Part shown: one piece after another, positions 25,976 to 40,275 of the stretch
How positions within the stretch are numbered: the first letter of the stretch is position 1
Layout of the letters: every line of letters begins with the position of its first letter
Assembly (NCBI RefSeq): GCF_006345805.1
Contig: NC_042997.1
Coordinates: 90,892,001 to 90,956,000 of the forward strand
From: Octopus sinensis
Lineage: Eukaryota
Reading direction: 5' to 3'
Length of the DNA: 64,000 nucleotides
Position numbers and translations under genes: made by a program
Notes under the pieces: model-generated
What the model was told of the DNA's origin: nothing
The model's database searches: none
Seen by the model: only the letters and a program-made list of their open reading frames with translations

Positions 25976-27239
25976 TATTTTGACTATCACTATCATTCAT
26001 GTCTCTCTCACTCAATCATTCATGATAGTGGAAGTTGTAAGTGACTGAGCAGAGATATGTTGTCAAGAGGTTCTTTTAGTTGTGTCATTGAACATAGCTA
26101 CCTCTCTAGTGCTTGTGCCATGAAAAAACACACCTGATATACTCCGTAAAGTTTAAGGTTGAGAGAACTGTTTAGTCTTGTTAGGAACATGACATTTACC
26201 TAGCACTTGTGCTTCACAGAAAAAGCAATTAGTACTCTCTGTAAGGCAGTTGTTTGTTAGGAAGGGTATCCAATTGTAAAAACCAAACCAAAAATGCAAC
26301 TCATGTGCAAGATGTGGCTCTCTGATCTATCTATTCGAGCAGCACACCTGAATATTCACTGAATCCAATCATGACAACCCTTCTAGACCATGCTACCATT
26401 GAAAGTGGTTATAAAATGATGATGATGATGGTATATACACATGTGTATGCTCTCACTCACACACAAAATGAAATTGTAGTGTATGATTTGAGTAAGGGCT
26501 GACTGATGTTTCTATCAGGTGTAAATAATCTGTTGCATAAGCAAATGCAAACAATACTTTGGATATTTTTAAATGTTATTGTAACATATGCAATGAATAG
26601 TAGCAAGCAATTTGATTGATTACCTTTTTTAATTCTACAGGTGGAGCCTTTTCAACTTCTGCGCATGTACTGTACAACTGCAAAGAAGTCAAGATAAAAA
26701 AGGAATTACTTGAAACCATGTTATTCACACACATACATACAGTGTGTGTGTGTGTGTACATGAGTGTGAGTAATTATAGACATAGGTATAATTTTTTTTT
26801 AGTATATGTGTCTGCATATAAATCTGAGGCTTTTTTTATCTAGTTATAGATGAATAATGGTGTAGATGTGGGCTTTTAGAAAGGAATCCGAGTTGCACAT
26901 GTCAGGGTTAGGACTCCACAATTTTAACATTAAAAAAAAAATATTTTCCTTCTTAGAATTCAGGTTTTTGATTCATAACCAGGACATTTCAGTGTCTATG
27001 GGACAAATTTGCTTACGAGACAGGACATGGACTGTCTCAGCCAAACCAGGACATATGGGGGCGTCTACACACACACACACACACACACATGGTGTCAAAG
27101 TGAGTCATGTCAATTTAAGAGGACTATTTTTTTTTTGTAATAAATACTATCACTTAGAACTTTTGTCATTGATAAGTAAAAGAATTGGTTATCTTGTTTG
27201 GAAGCACCCTCCCTTTTTCTTTTTTTTTTTAATAGAACA

Positions 27240-30200
27240 TTGCGGTATTCGAATGATAGGATTATTGTATACACCTTTCAGCTATAACAGTTTGTGGAAC
27301 TATTGAGAGAAATTCCAGTGGACTTTTGAACTGATCAAAGACCTGTATAACTTCTACAAAAAGACTAGGGAAGATCTTTCAATAGGTTACATGAAAAGGA
27401 TGAAGAATAACTGGGGTCTAAAATGCCATGACTGCTCAAACAACAACAAATGGCAACATTCCTTGAGAAAAGCTTAGCTGCTTTCCCCACAGACCAACAG
27501 AATCACACAGCAAATATGAGTCAAACTAAATTAGTGAATTCTCCTGAGGAGACCATGAACAATACGGATTACAAGTGATGTGATAACAAAAGAATTAAGA
27601 CAAACGTAGTATCAAAACACGAACGAGCAGAAACTAATAACAAAGAAACAGAATTAAGTGAAGAACGTAGACAATTGAAAGAGCTCTTAATAGCATTTTT
27701 TTAAAAAGCCCTATCTACATTAACGTACAATTAATGAGAAAGAGAAAACAATTACCTCAAAAATTGAGAGAAAACTGACCAACCTAATGAGCCAAATACC
27801 TAAAGAATAATTAGCAGAACATTGAATGTTCTATATTGTGCTGCGATTACCATTCACCAACAGATGGGAATAGCAGAGATCGATTGCAGTAAGAAAAAAT
27901 AACCAAGATAGATTACCCGTCTGCAGACACATGTCGACAAATTCAGGTAAAATATTGGACAGCTAGACAGTACCATTAAGTGCAAAGTAAATAATAAATT
28001 CATGAACCACCAGTTGCAACTTCATGATAGATTATCTAATGTCTATAGGAACGACCAACAAGAGAAATTAATGGACAAATGAACTGCAAATGTTAAGTGA
28101 ACAATTTCATTATAAAAGAAACCTTCAAGAACAAAAAAGCCATCAATCACAAGTTTGCAATAAACCTTCGAGTGGTGTATTATAGTTTGAAAAGCCATCC
28201 CATTAAAGGTTATGAATGATCTAAAGTCGTTTTGAGGAGGGATCTGAAATATAAACAAACAACACAGCTGAGGTGCAATGTGGTTAGATGAGCTACAGAT
28301 TGAGTATTATGCAAACACCTCTCCCAAACCTTATAATATTAATAGTGAAACTTCCTTACGGTTGTTGCAAAACTACAAAATGGTAAATCACCAGACAGAA
28401 AACTGATAGTAGGTTATTGGTATAGAAAACTCACATACTACAACACTAGTTGTATAAAAAACCATGAGACACAAGTAGCTAAAAATTACAGGTCCATAGA
28501 ATGCTTCAATGTGATGTAAAATATATATATATAGGTCATTTGAATGCATTCCCCTTCACTGTGAAACACACAATGTCTGAAGAGCAGGCAGGAGAAAAGC
28601 AAGGAGCATGGGGGTATGCCGAACAACCCATCAACAAAGCTGTCTTTAAGGAAGTAAAGCAGCACTACCGAACCTTGCTGACTGTATGGCTAACAATAAG
28701 AATGCGTTTAATTCTGCTCATCACTCACTAAGCCTTGCAAAGGTTCCAAATGCTTTGGTCAATGCCATTGAGAGGAGACTACAATATGGTCTACAGCACT
28801 ATCATTAAGACATCATCAGAATTAAGCTATCAAAAGCTATACCATTACTTGTTTTCAGAGTGACAGCTTAACTGCCATGCTTTTTGAACCCCATGTCAGC
28901 TCTTTTAAGGAAACACAAGGACTACAGGATCAGCTTTACAGATAAAAGAAAGATTAATTTCCTAACTTTTGTTGACATCCTTGAATATTAATTAATATTC
29001 AAGACAACAAGAAGCAGTTAGACCTGGTCACAACATTCTGACTGGGCACAAGAGTGGAATTTGGTCAGGACAAGTTCTAATATTTGTGAGGAAATGTTGG
29101 CCAGGCAAGAGAAATGGTTGTCAATGTCTATCTTTCCTATCGCAAGTGATGAATGTTGCAAATACCTTGAAATAGACGAGAATATTGCCTGTGTTGCTGA
29201 TGTGAATAAAGCACAAACATATGCAAAAGAATACTTCAGCAGGCTTCAGGAGATATGGAAGTCAGAACTGTCTACATTCACGAAAACTATATCCCTCAAT
29301 GTGCTATTTTTGCGTGTGATCTACAAGGGAGATTACTTTAGGTTACTTTTTAAATTATTTTGTATTTTCAAAATTCTTATAATAATTAAGATAAGCATGT
29401 AGATCGCCCACCAAAGTAAATTTGCTCACGTAGATCACATGGAAAGTAGCACTAACAAAAGTAAACTAAAAAGTAATCTCCCTTTAAATTGTAGATCACG
29501 TGCCAAAGTGGCACTGTTTTTGCAATGCTAGTGCTAGTACCAACATTTTGGATATTAGACTGGATACTTGGAAAAATCTGCAACTTGGGCAACAGGACTA
29601 GGAAAATACTATCAATGACTTGTAGCTTCCACATCAACAGTGACACCTACTGAACAGAAATGAGTGATCATGTGTATACTTAACAGTGAACATAACAATA
29701 TTATGAGATTAGGCGAAGAGCTCTTGAACAAGTACTCCAAGACTAACTTAAACGGAGACTTAGTAGAAAATACGCCTCATACCAATAGAAATTTATGCAT
29801 AGGTACATATCTCGCAAGCTAGAGAATACCAGCAACATTGACAAGAATGGTAATCTGTCCTGGACCTGTGATGAGTATATCACATCTCTCCTAGAAGGCT
29901 ATCCCTTTGTTATCTAAGAACAGGAGATAGCTACTAACTACCTGGTCAGCAAAAGAGAATGATGCCTCTAGACCTCCATGCTGTGACAGAAAGCATCAAT
30001 TACACCATACAAGTGTAGATAATGTCACTCATATTAGTAGCAGTCCAAAAATGTCTGCATGATACTTTCCATGAGACATGACATTGCTGCCAATACGATC
30101 TACATGTTACTGACTGCTATGCTAAAGGCACATCAGAACCAGAAACTAGCTAATACTTTTATAAATAAAGAATGCTGGTGGAATATTCCAACAAAAACAG

Positions 30201-30297
30201 CAACTTGGTGTAAGCACAACAGTCCAAGTATAGTTGTATGAAAGAAGAAGCAAAAGTTATGTACCGTTGTAGAAATCAGTTGTCCAGTGGATGTGTA
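27240..30297 (+). mobile_element. Decayed R4/Dong-clade (RLE) non-LTR retrotransposon
   Basis: RT relics EEQAGEKQGAWG..NKAVFKEVK, F(Q)SDSL, KYLEIDENI; QEIATNY; RHD; endonuclease relics WWNIP..KHNSPSIVV..VEISCP. Many stops and frameshifts. Confidence 0.8.
29297..29516. mobile_element. MITE inserted in the R4 element (hAT-like ends)
   Basis: Inverted arms GTGATCTACAA-GGGAGATTACTTT / AAAGTAATCTCCC..TTGTAGATCAC. Confidence 0.6.
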
Positions 30298-30679
30298 AAT
30301 ACTTCGCGAGACACAGAGAGTTGTTCATATTTACTCAGTATTAGCTAGATTTAAAAAATATTATATCTGATTCTGTGCGGTGATTCCTTATTTTGAGTTA
30401 GTATGCTATCCTTGACTAACCTGTAAAAAAGCATTCGGGTAACGCTCTACAATGAAGCTAGTTGTATTACCTCCCTTTACCAACTATTAGATCATAAATA
30501 ATTAAATTAGTTCACACTGAGATCTTGTTTCACACGATTTTAAAATTCGCACATTTTTAAATAGCGATTTCTTTTTCTTTTTTGTCATCAAATTTATTTA
30601 TGTAATAAAAAAAATTATAAGTATAAAATTGTTACTTGAATGGTAGTTTGTCACTTAGATTGATAGAGATGACTCTTAA

Positions 30680-30866
30680 CCCTTTGCCTGTCCAAAAAGT
30701 TTTTCATAAATGTCCATTACTTATTTTCAGACTTTTCGTTCTTTTTTCATACATTCTGTGTAATATAAAGCCTTCCTTTGAAAAGTGAAAAGTTATCCTG
30801 GTGGTCGAAAGGATGCCAGGAAAATATTTCCGTGTTTCATATGTGATACACAGGACAGGCAAAGGG
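30680..30866. mobile_element. piggyBac-type MITE, 187 bp
   Basis: Perfect 14-bp TIR CCCTTTGCCTGTCC with TTAA on both sides (30676-30679, 30867-30870). Confidence 0.9.
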
Positions 30867-31254
30867 TTAATATCAGATAATTCTCATGAGAAAAAGTGAT
30901 AACTTTTGAAAACTTTTGTCACATGCTTATAAAATAGATTACAAATACTCAATTGCACCATAAGTTGCCTCCCTTGTCAACTGATTCTCATTCTGCAATA
31001 GTCACAGGCTCAAAGCCTTATATTTGGTGAACATACATGCTATAAATATGACAAGTCAAAATATAAATCGGTCTCATTATATATATTGCCATCATAACTA
31101 TATAAATACCACTAATAATCTCACCAAACGTTATATCAGTCCATGTGCTAAGAAAGAAGTCTCAACATCAGCCATGGGAAACCACGGCTTCTAGGACTTC
31201 GTGAAAGGCATGCCAAACGAAAAATTACCTTGAATTTTTTTTTTTTTTTGTGGT

Positions 31255-32090
31255 GTAGTCCGCCTGATGATTAAGTATAACGACGTCATGAGAGAAATCC
31301 TAGGTTTCAACGAAGATCATCTGGCCAACCTGTTCCAAAGAACCTTCAGGCCAGTGCCTATGGATAATTACCAAAAGTCCCTGGCTTGGCAATGTTACAG
31401 AGGAGCTTTACCAGTTCAAGATAAGCTCTTTAGACATGGGTGTGTGCCTTCGCCGGTTTGTGCAAGATGTGAGCAGGACAGTAAAATTGTCCTGCACGCG
31501 ATTGTGCAATGCCCCAAGGTAACTGAGCTCTGGGCTTATGTCGAACACCAGCTGTCGCATTCGAGAAGAGTACAACTGTCGAGCGAATCTGTAATTAAGA
31601 TCGTTCCGCCGACCTTCCTCAATAGGGAGGAGTGAGCCTGTTTTCTCTTGGTAGTTGCTGTTGTGAAAGAGGTAGTATGGAAGACGAGAGTGAAAGGAAT
31701 TGCAACAGGCATGTTCATCTCCAGTCTCAAGCTAATCGACTTTTTCGTTTTCCACATGAAACGGAAAATAAGGCTAGAGAAGAAATGCCTGTTGCAAAGT
31801 GTGCTTCGTAAAAGATGGAAGTCTATAGCAAGTATGTTGCGAGTGAAAGAACATGTTTAAACAAGAATATAAAAAGGAGAAAGCAAAGTCTTCAGTGTGA
31901 ATATGTGGTTTTTGGGGTCGACTGCATCTTCCGCTTCATCTTTTGTAAATCACTCCTTCTCATTTAATTGTATATATTTTAATTGTTTATTTATTCATAC
32001 GTTTTGTCTCATTCGATACCCTGACCCCAATGTTTGTTTTGTCTGCCCTCATATCATCTCTTTTTCTCAACCTTATGGTTAATAAAGAAA
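31255..32090 (+). mobile_element. Tx1/L1-clade LINE 3' fragment
   Basis: zf-RVT region AWQCYRGALPV..CARC..LHAIVQCP, one in-frame stop at 31633-31635, T-rich 3' UTR, AATAAA at 32081. Confidence 0.8.
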
Positions 32091-32484
32091 TTGAATGGAT
32101 AATGTCTCATGCAGTTTGCTTCTGGAAAACGTTGCCCATGTCTGCTCTACGTGATCGTTCAACCTGCTAAGAAAAACAGCTAAATTCACTCTCAATGCTT
32201 TACTGTCTTTCGTAAAAAAAACAGGAAGGACAGATCGGTTAATGTAGCCCAAAAGGATCTATTCCATCTCAATTACAGATTTTTTAATTAATTTTTTTAA
32301 CTAAATAGTTTCAAACTTCAAATACCGGTAGAATTTCTCATGTAGAAGACGGTTTGCTCTGAACGGTTTTGACAAAATTTCGTATTTTAGAAGTTATTTC
32401 ATGTTAAAGTTGTATTTGGGTAATTTCAACCTATCAATGACATGTATTCGGTTGAAGAAAGCTACTACTGTTTGCGATAGTAAT

Positions 32485-32722
32485 CGAAGAGGAACAACTT
32501 CTGGGCCATCTCTACTAAATGTCACCACTCTACTGCATGAGGAAAGAGTGAGAGAAAGTTGTGGCGGAAGAGTCAGCAGAATTTCGCCATTACCTTCTGC
32601 CGGAGCTGTGTGGAGCTTAGGTGTTTCGCTCATAAACACACACATCGCCCGGTCTGAGATTCGAACCCGTGATCCCTCGACTGCGAGTCCACTGCTCTAA
32701 CCACTAGGCCATGTGCCTCCAC
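32485..32722 (-). mobile_element. tRNA-derived SINE family D
   Basis: Minus-strand head TGGCCTAGTGGTTAGAGC..GGGTTCGAATCTC; second copy ~59450-59742. Confidence 0.8.
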
Positions 32723-32984
32723 ATTATTCATGTTTAGTGTATAGGACAGTGGTATTGCTTGATATCTTGTCTTTTATCTTTCATTTCTTTCAGTCATTGA
32801 ATATCGCATTGAAGAGTTTCATTTGAACAAATTGACCCTAGTATTTATATTTTGCAAAGTCTCATACTTATCCTATCAGTCTCTTTTACTGAATCACTAA
32901 GTTACAGGGATGTGAACAAACCAACACCAGTTGTCAAGCGGTGGGGCTGTGTGCCACAGGCACAAACAGATGCATGCATATATC

Positions 32985-33144
32985 AGGAGTGGCTCTGTGG
33001 TAAGTAACTTGCTTACCAACCATATGGTTCCGGATTCAGTCCCAATGCGTAGCACCTTAGGCAAGTGTTTTCTACTATAGCCTCAGGCCAACCAAAGCCT
33101 TGTGAGTGGATTTGGTAGATGGAAACTGAAAGAAGCCCGTTGTA

Positions 33145-33219
<75 letters not shown>

Positions 33220-33412
33220 CTGTGTTTGCCCCCCTAACATCACTTGACAACTGATACTGATGTGTTTACATCCCCGTATCTTAGCAGTTTGGCAAAAGAG
33301 ACCGATAGAATAAGTACTAGGATTACAAAGAATAAGTCCTGGGGTCGATTTGCTTGACTAAAGGCGGTGCTCCAGCATGGCTGCAGTCAAATAACTGAAA
33401 CAAGTAAAAGAG
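32985..33412 (+). mobile_element. Full-length SINE family A with internal (TA)n/(TG)n
   Basis: Head GGAGTGGCTCTGTGGTAAG, core, microsatellite, tail GGCGGTGCTCCAGCATGG..CTGAAACAAGTAAAAGAG. Confidence 0.9.
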
Positions 33413-33420
33413 TATACACG

Positions 33421-33462
<42 letters not shown>

Positions 33463-34548
33463 GACTGGTGCAGGCTCGTGTCAAACCGTCCCACCCATAC
33501 CAGCATAGAAGGCGGATGTTAAACGATGATGATATATATATATATCATATGTATATATGACAAGCCTCTTTAAGTTTCCATCTACCAATTCCACTCACAA
33601 GGTTTTGGTCGACTCAGTACTATAGTTGAAGATAATATTTGCCCAAATGTCACACAGTTGCTCTGAACCTAGAAATATGTGGTTGGGAAGCAAACTTCTT
33701 ACCACACAGCCACGCTAGTGCTAGAGTTTTCTATTTCTTTTCTTTTCCATTAAACCTGGTTGGCATGTCCATATTGAAGACTGCTAACAAGGTCTCTGTT
33801 TATGAAATCAATGCATGTAAATAAATAACATGGGATGGTCACAATTTCTTGATCATGGTAGACATGGGGTAAAACATCGTAACAATGCAGGGCAATGAAT
33901 TAGCAGAATTGTTAGAGCATGGGGAGTTATGCCTTAAAAGTATTTATTCCAACTCTTAGCATACTGAGTTCAAATACTGCTGTTGTCCAAGTGGATCATA
34001 GACTTAATATGTCACCAGGTTTAACAGCCTCAACTGGTCTTTGCTGCAAGCATTCAACTTTGAGGAGACCTTTCTCTCTCCCTTTCATCAATCTTAAAGG
34101 CTCTGATTACAGGTTCAAGTACTGTCCTGAAAAACGATGTTGTAATCAGCAGAAGAAACATGGTAACATCTACGTCACAATTCAATGTATTTTAATTAGT
34201 AACCAAATTACCAAAAAATTATACCCTGTCATCTTAAATAGGAAGGACAAATTGGATAATATACAATGATATGCATAAATCGGTATGATTACTGCTTGAA
34301 TATCTTACATAATTGATCTGCTCATTCAAGACTAACCTTCGACTAAACAACAACAGCACAAATCACTAGACATGCATATGGGGTTGTCAGTAGATCGGGA
34401 TATCTAAAATGCTTCATCTCTGGAAAACATATGCTGGAACACATATGCTGGAACAAATCTGACAAAAGATTAAACAAACACCAAGAATAACTGAATCCAG
34501 CTTCAAATGCCAGTTACTTCCCCTGGTTTAAATATGATATGCATTTAA

Positions 34549-35607
34549 ATAATAATAATAATAATAATAATAATAATTGTGTACAGTGCTCAGGTGCACT
34601 ACAACTCATCTAAAGTGTATATATAATCAGGTGTAGTTTCGACGGATTTCGGGAAGCATGAGGGCCTTAAAGGATGCAGTGTCATGGCAGTCAACAACTG
34701 ATGCAGGCAGTTTATTCCACGCTTCAGCAACCCTGAGCGTGAAAAAATGTTTCCGAAAGTCATGGGAGCTGTGCTGTTTTCTGACTTTGTAGGCATGTCC
34801 ACGTGTGTTAGACACATGGAGATCAAAAAGGTGTTCAGTGTTGTTGTTGGTGAGGTGGTTGATAACCTTGTGGGTGTTTACCAAGTCCGTCGCCAGACGC
34901 CGGAGCTTCAGTGAATCCATGCCCAGGGAAACAAGGCGCTCAGAATATGGTAGGTGTCTGATGGAGGGTATGCGTTTGGTTGCACGTCTCTGGACAGATT
35001 CCAGGAGGTCAATGTTCTGAGCAAGATAGGGATTCCAAACTGATGATGCGAATTCCAAGTGTGGTCGTACCATAGCTGTATACAGTTTTAAATAGATGGC
35101 TGGAGAGCGGCTAACAAAAGTCTTGCTGAGTGATGCCAAGACACCCTCGGCCTTCTTGACAATTTTAGAGATATGCTTTGTCCAACGCAAATCACTGCTG
35201 ACAGTGATGCCTAGGTCACGCTCGCAAGAGGATTTCTTGATATCAGTGTTGTGGAGGGAGTATGTGAACGCAGGGTTTTTTCTCCCAAAATGCATGGTGG
35301 TACACTTGTCCACAGCCAGTTTCAGTTGCCAGTCTGTGATCCATTGCTGCATTGTGTCTAGGTCTGATTGCAGGAAAGAGTTGTAGACATCAGGATCAGT
35401 CCTCTTGATTTCAAGGTACAGCTTGATGTCGTCTGCATATTTCAATACTGTGGCATTCTTTAAATTGGCATCTATGTCATTAATGTATGCCACAAACAGG
35501 AGGGGACCAAGGACAGATCCCTGTGGTACACCCGATGACATCTCATATGGTGTAGAGTGCTGTCCTAGAACTGTGACTACCTCCTTTCGGCTGAGGATGA
35601 AGGATTT
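34549..35607 (-). mobile_element. Young 5'-truncated CR1-clade LINE with (ATT)n tail
   Basis: Uninterrupted 304-aa RT C-terminal ORF 34627-35541 (GVPQGSVLGPLLF, YADD, RPHLEFASSVWNP, TRGH, WNKLP), short 3' UTR, (AAT)n at 34549-34577. Confidence 0.95.
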
Positions 35608-36464
35608 CTTCTCAAAATCTTTAGCACCGTGTCATTGTATCATTTATTTATTGATTAGAACCATATAGACTATGATTGTGCTGAGTAGCGTATTTTTAGA
35701 GATTTGGTCGTTCATAACGCTGCTAGTATTTGGTAGAATGTACTAATTTTAGCAACTATTTTCCATCATAAAGGGACGCAACTCGATACAACGTGCCAAA
35801 GTAAACGAGAGATCTTCGTGATCATTAGATCTGCTAGAATTATTAATCAAAACTCCCTCAAATGAAACTCTAGCGTTATTTGTGTATGGTGGGGATGGGG
35901 AATGTGTGATTCTTGGTTCCCCTGGCATTGAAAAAAATAATAACCCGGATGATCACGACTGGAATATTTCAATTAAAAGTTTACTTGATTGGAGCTGACC
36001 TCAATCTAAACAATAACACAGATTCATACATTTTCTTCTTTTTCTTATGTACTTTTTCAGTCCATGAGTTGTTTTACTGGAGTATCGCGTTGAAAGGTTT
36101 AGTCATTCAAATTTACCCCAGTACTTATTCTATTGTTGTTCTCTTGCTGCTTAACTGCTATGTTACAAGGACGTAAGCAAACCAACACCGTTTGTATTGT
36201 CAAGTGGTAGAAAGCTCAATTCTCAAGCACATGGTTTTGGGTTCAGCCCCACTTCTTGGCACCTTGGACAAATGTCTTCTATTATAGCCCTAGGTTGGCC
36301 AAAGCTTTGTGAGTGGATTTGAGAGATGGAAACGCATATAAGTGTTTGTGTTGCCTTGTCTCAACACCCACATGATAGTTATAAATGAGTGTCATCATCA
36401 TACAAGCAATGCTGTTTGTTTCTAACCTTCTGTGAATATATGTCCAGTCATGAAGAAATATTGA

Positions 36465-36675
36465 TTTCAAATTTTGGCACAAGGCCAGCAATTTTGGGGA
36501 GGGGATAAGTCGATTACATTGACTTACATTCAAGTGGTACTTATTTAATTGACCCTGAAGGGATGAAAGACAAAGTCAACCTCAGCAGGATATGAACTCA
36601 GAATGTAAAGACAGATGAAATGTTGCAAAGCATTTTTTCCACTGTGTGCTAATGATTCTGTTAGCTCACTGCTTT
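36465..36675 (-). mobile_element. SINE family E (degenerate)
   Basis: Similar to the reverse complement of 55013-55238. Confidence 0.7.
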
Positions 36676-37664
36676 ATCATAAGGAAATATTAACTTGCTT
36701 GGAAACAAGTTAATGCTGGCAACAAGAACATTATCTGGCTGTACAAAATTCCAATGAATTCCATCTGACCCATGCAAGCACAGAAAAGGGCATTATTATG
36801 CTAGTGTTGGTAATGATTGTGATGATGGTGTCAACAACAGCAATAGCGATGGCAATGACACCAATGATGGCAATGTTTTTAAATCTAAGGAAGGATATTG
36901 TGAAGAATGAAATCTCTGATTTACAGAAGAAGTGAGGTCACAGCTGGAACGTCTTTGAGTGGAGCTAATCTGAAGCTAAATGTGAACAATAATAACAACT
37001 GTTGCATTCAGATCTGGATGAATAGAACAAAAATTTTTGCTACATTTCCTATGTCTGGTTCTTTATGAACCTTTGCTTCTACTTTCATTTCTTGCTATTT
37101 CTACCTTACTAAGTTTGTTCTTTGGGGTAAAGGAGCTTGTCTTTCACCTTTCTATCATACATTTATTTTAGAGTCCTCAGAACTTTAGTGAACCACAAGT
37201 TGGTTCTTTAGATATCTGAGATACAAACACCAGAACTGGCTACTGTTCATAACTGCATTTATTAAAATACCTTTAACCCACTACTTATTGATTAAAAAAA
37301 GGTAACTGCTTTATAATAATGTCAGCAAATAAACTATTAATATAGAGTGTTGATTTAGCTGTTACCATTACATTCCTCTATTTATACTATGTTCTTATTC
37401 CACGTTTAATGTTCTTTCACTTGGAAATTATTTAATTTTTTTCTCTCTACAACTTATAATTATTTAAATTATGGTCATTCTGGCTATCCACGAATACCAA
37501 CATAGATTGTTGCTATCCATGGATTGTAAGATGGAAAAATGGTAGCTTTCTGGGTTTTAAAAAAAATCATTTTTCATCATTTTTTCAATGATTAATATTT
37601 ACAATACTGTAGCATTTTATTTCAGCAGAATGATTTGTTTCTTTATCATCTTCTTTACTTACTT

Positions 37665-38070
37665 CTTCCTTCCTTCCTATGAAGCATAGGACACTAATGA
37701 CACTTCTCCACTGCTCCTGACTCAGGGCTATCTTTTTCTGCTTTCCTCCAGTTGGATCCCTACTTTTTCAGTTCCACCTCAGTATCCCACCACCAGCTAT
37801 TTTTGGGACATCCCCTCTTCCCTCTCCCTAGTGGGTTATGTTTTCCAGAGGAAGGCCTTCCATCTCCTGGGTTTCAATTGTCATTGATGCTTTTTCCTAA
37901 GTAAGGCTGCTCGCCCTATGCAACCCCATTTTTACTTCTGGGGAGAGGTGTCTCATATTAGTCTGGCCTTTTGAACCTGTCTAACATAAGATGTCCTACC
38001 AGGAACTTGCACTTCACTGGTATATCTCTCAGGGGTCATTGAAGCACACAATTCACCACACTGCAACAGG
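37665..38070 (-). mobile_element. Bipartite non-autonomous RTE derivative (5' UTR fused to ORF C-terminus/3' end)
   Basis: Minus-strand relic PLGRGKRGCPKNSW..AEKIALSQEQWRSVISVLC followed by a GAA-rich tail, joined to an RTE-like leader. Confidence 0.6.
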
Positions 38071-38449
38071 GACTGGACTTTGTGATGGATCTTCTTCCCT
38101 TCCTGTTTATTCCTTTCTGCTCGAAATTTCTTTCATTCTACTTTCTCCTTTCAGACAACCAACTATCTATAATTATTTTCCTTGTTAATTACTTTTCTAG
38201 TTCTGTATTTATGGGGACAGAGAGAGGGCAATTTTTAGGCAAATTTCAAAGGGTACTGGTTGTTTAGAAAGGTTATGGATTTTCTTAGAAATAAAATATT
38301 TAAATCAGGTACATTATTTATATTTTAAACACATTTTCAAAACATCTTTGTTGCAATTAAAATATAAGCAGGATATTCAGTAAGCAGAAACCCGTGACTG
38401 ATGGTGTGTCAAGGTCTGAAATAATTTTTTAATCTCAATTATCTGTTAT

Positions 38450-38810
38450 CTTTTACTTGTTTCAATCATTAGGCTATTCCCATGTTGGAGCACCGCTTTG
38501 AAGAATTTTTAGTTGCATGCATCAAACCCAGGAACTTATTCTCTCAGTCTCTTTACCAAACTGCTAGGTTATAGGGATGTAGACACACCAACACCAGTTG
38601 TCAAGTAGTGATAGGAGACAAACACTTATACACACACACACACACGTACATGATGGGCTTCTTTCAGTTTCTGTCCACCAAATCCACTCACAAGGCTTTG
38701 GTCGACCCAAGGCTATAGTAGAAGACACTTGCCCAAAGGGCCACACAGTGGTACTGAACCTGGATCCATGTGGTTGGGAAGCAAGCTTCTTACCACACAG
38801 CCATGCCTGT
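38450..38810 (-). mobile_element. SINE family A
   Basis: Near-full-length reverse copy. Confidence 0.85.
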
Positions 38811-39182
38811 ACCTATTCTCAGTTTTTTTATCCTTTTTAGTAATTTCCATAGAAATTTAATATAATGGACAATAGTTCAAGCAAATGTCTAAAAAGAGAT
38901 ATATACTGGACAGGATACTGTTAAGAAAATATGGAGAACAACCCACAACACAAAATTAAGTGTTAAAATAATCTTTTTCTTTTTTCTTTTATTTCATATA
39001 TTTATTGCAAAGCATAGTAAAGGGGCATTAGTAAAAGGTTGAAAAAGGGTGAGAACCACTAATATACACTGATTATACATGCATTTATTGCAATATAAAT
39101 TTTTAATTGCTGTACATTAGTAAACATACATGAATGATACCGTTTTTTCAAATATAATCTCTTAATAATTTATATTTTGTAG

Positions 39183-39231
39183 CAACCCACAACCAGAATA
39201 ATAATGGACAAGCAAAACAGCCATCTTTAAG
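39183..39231 (+). CDS. CUSTOS: CUSTOS homologue, internal exon (..THNQNNNGQAKQPSLR)
   Basis: TTTTGTAG acceptor, AG|GTATGA donor, phase 1 to 2. Ends in QPSLR as in vertebrate CUSTOS and joins in frame to the next exon. Confidence 0.8.
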
Positions 39232-40239
39232 GTATGAAAATATATTTTGTTATTCATATAACGAATCTTGTCTTATGTGTGTACCTATGTTATTGAGTGG
39301 GTGTGGACATAGCCAAATATTTAAAATGTTTTGCCATGAAACTTGAATTTCTGTTTTGGGTTAGATTTACTTAGAGTCCTGATGATGCTCTTTGGCAGAA
39401 GAATGTAATATCATGAAGAGCTTTTCACTTGAAAAGATACCCTTCATTGCAGAAATTTCACCAGAACAGAATTGAGATCTTAAAACTGAAGTGTCATGTA
39501 AAAAGCATTGGTGTGGGTGCTGGTGCCACATAAAAAGCACCGGTGACATTGTCACATAAAAAACACTCAATACACTTGGTAAAGTGGTTGGCATTAGGAA
39601 GGTCATCAAGCCAAGGAAACCAAGCCAAAACGGACTAAAGAACCTGGTGCAGCCCCTAGCCTTGCTAGTTCCTGTCAACTCATACCAGCATGAAAAATAG
39701 ACATTAAATGTTGATGATGATGATGATGATGATGTCAATTGTGATTCAGCAATTTCAAGGCCACCATCCTGCAGGTACTAGCAATGATCCTTTTAAACTA
39801 CTGTTCAACAATTTCCAGGAGCAGAAGATTGCAACCTCCAAAAATAAACAGAGTGAACAGTAATTAAGTGATTATTCTGTTACCTTTTCTATTCATGGAG
39901 CATGACATTACATTTGAATGCATGTTATTCTGTGTCATCATTTTATGTGTCTTAAATCCCTTAATTAAAATTTGGTGTAAAGAATAAGTCAGAACAGTTG
40001 TGTAGCTGGACAGACTGAACAACATTGCTTACAACATTAAATTTAAATATCACCTAGGAGAGAAAGTCAGTTTAAGCTGTAGAAACAGCTTGTCCATCTT
40101 CCTGTATGTGTGTGTATATATATATATATATATATAAAGACTAGTGGGTCTAGAGGATGAGAGAAGAAAAAAATAAGAAAAATGATGACAAAGATAATAA
40201 AAAGAATAATGATAATGTTGAGTGTAAATTGTTACTGTC

Positions 40240-40275
<36 letters not shown>

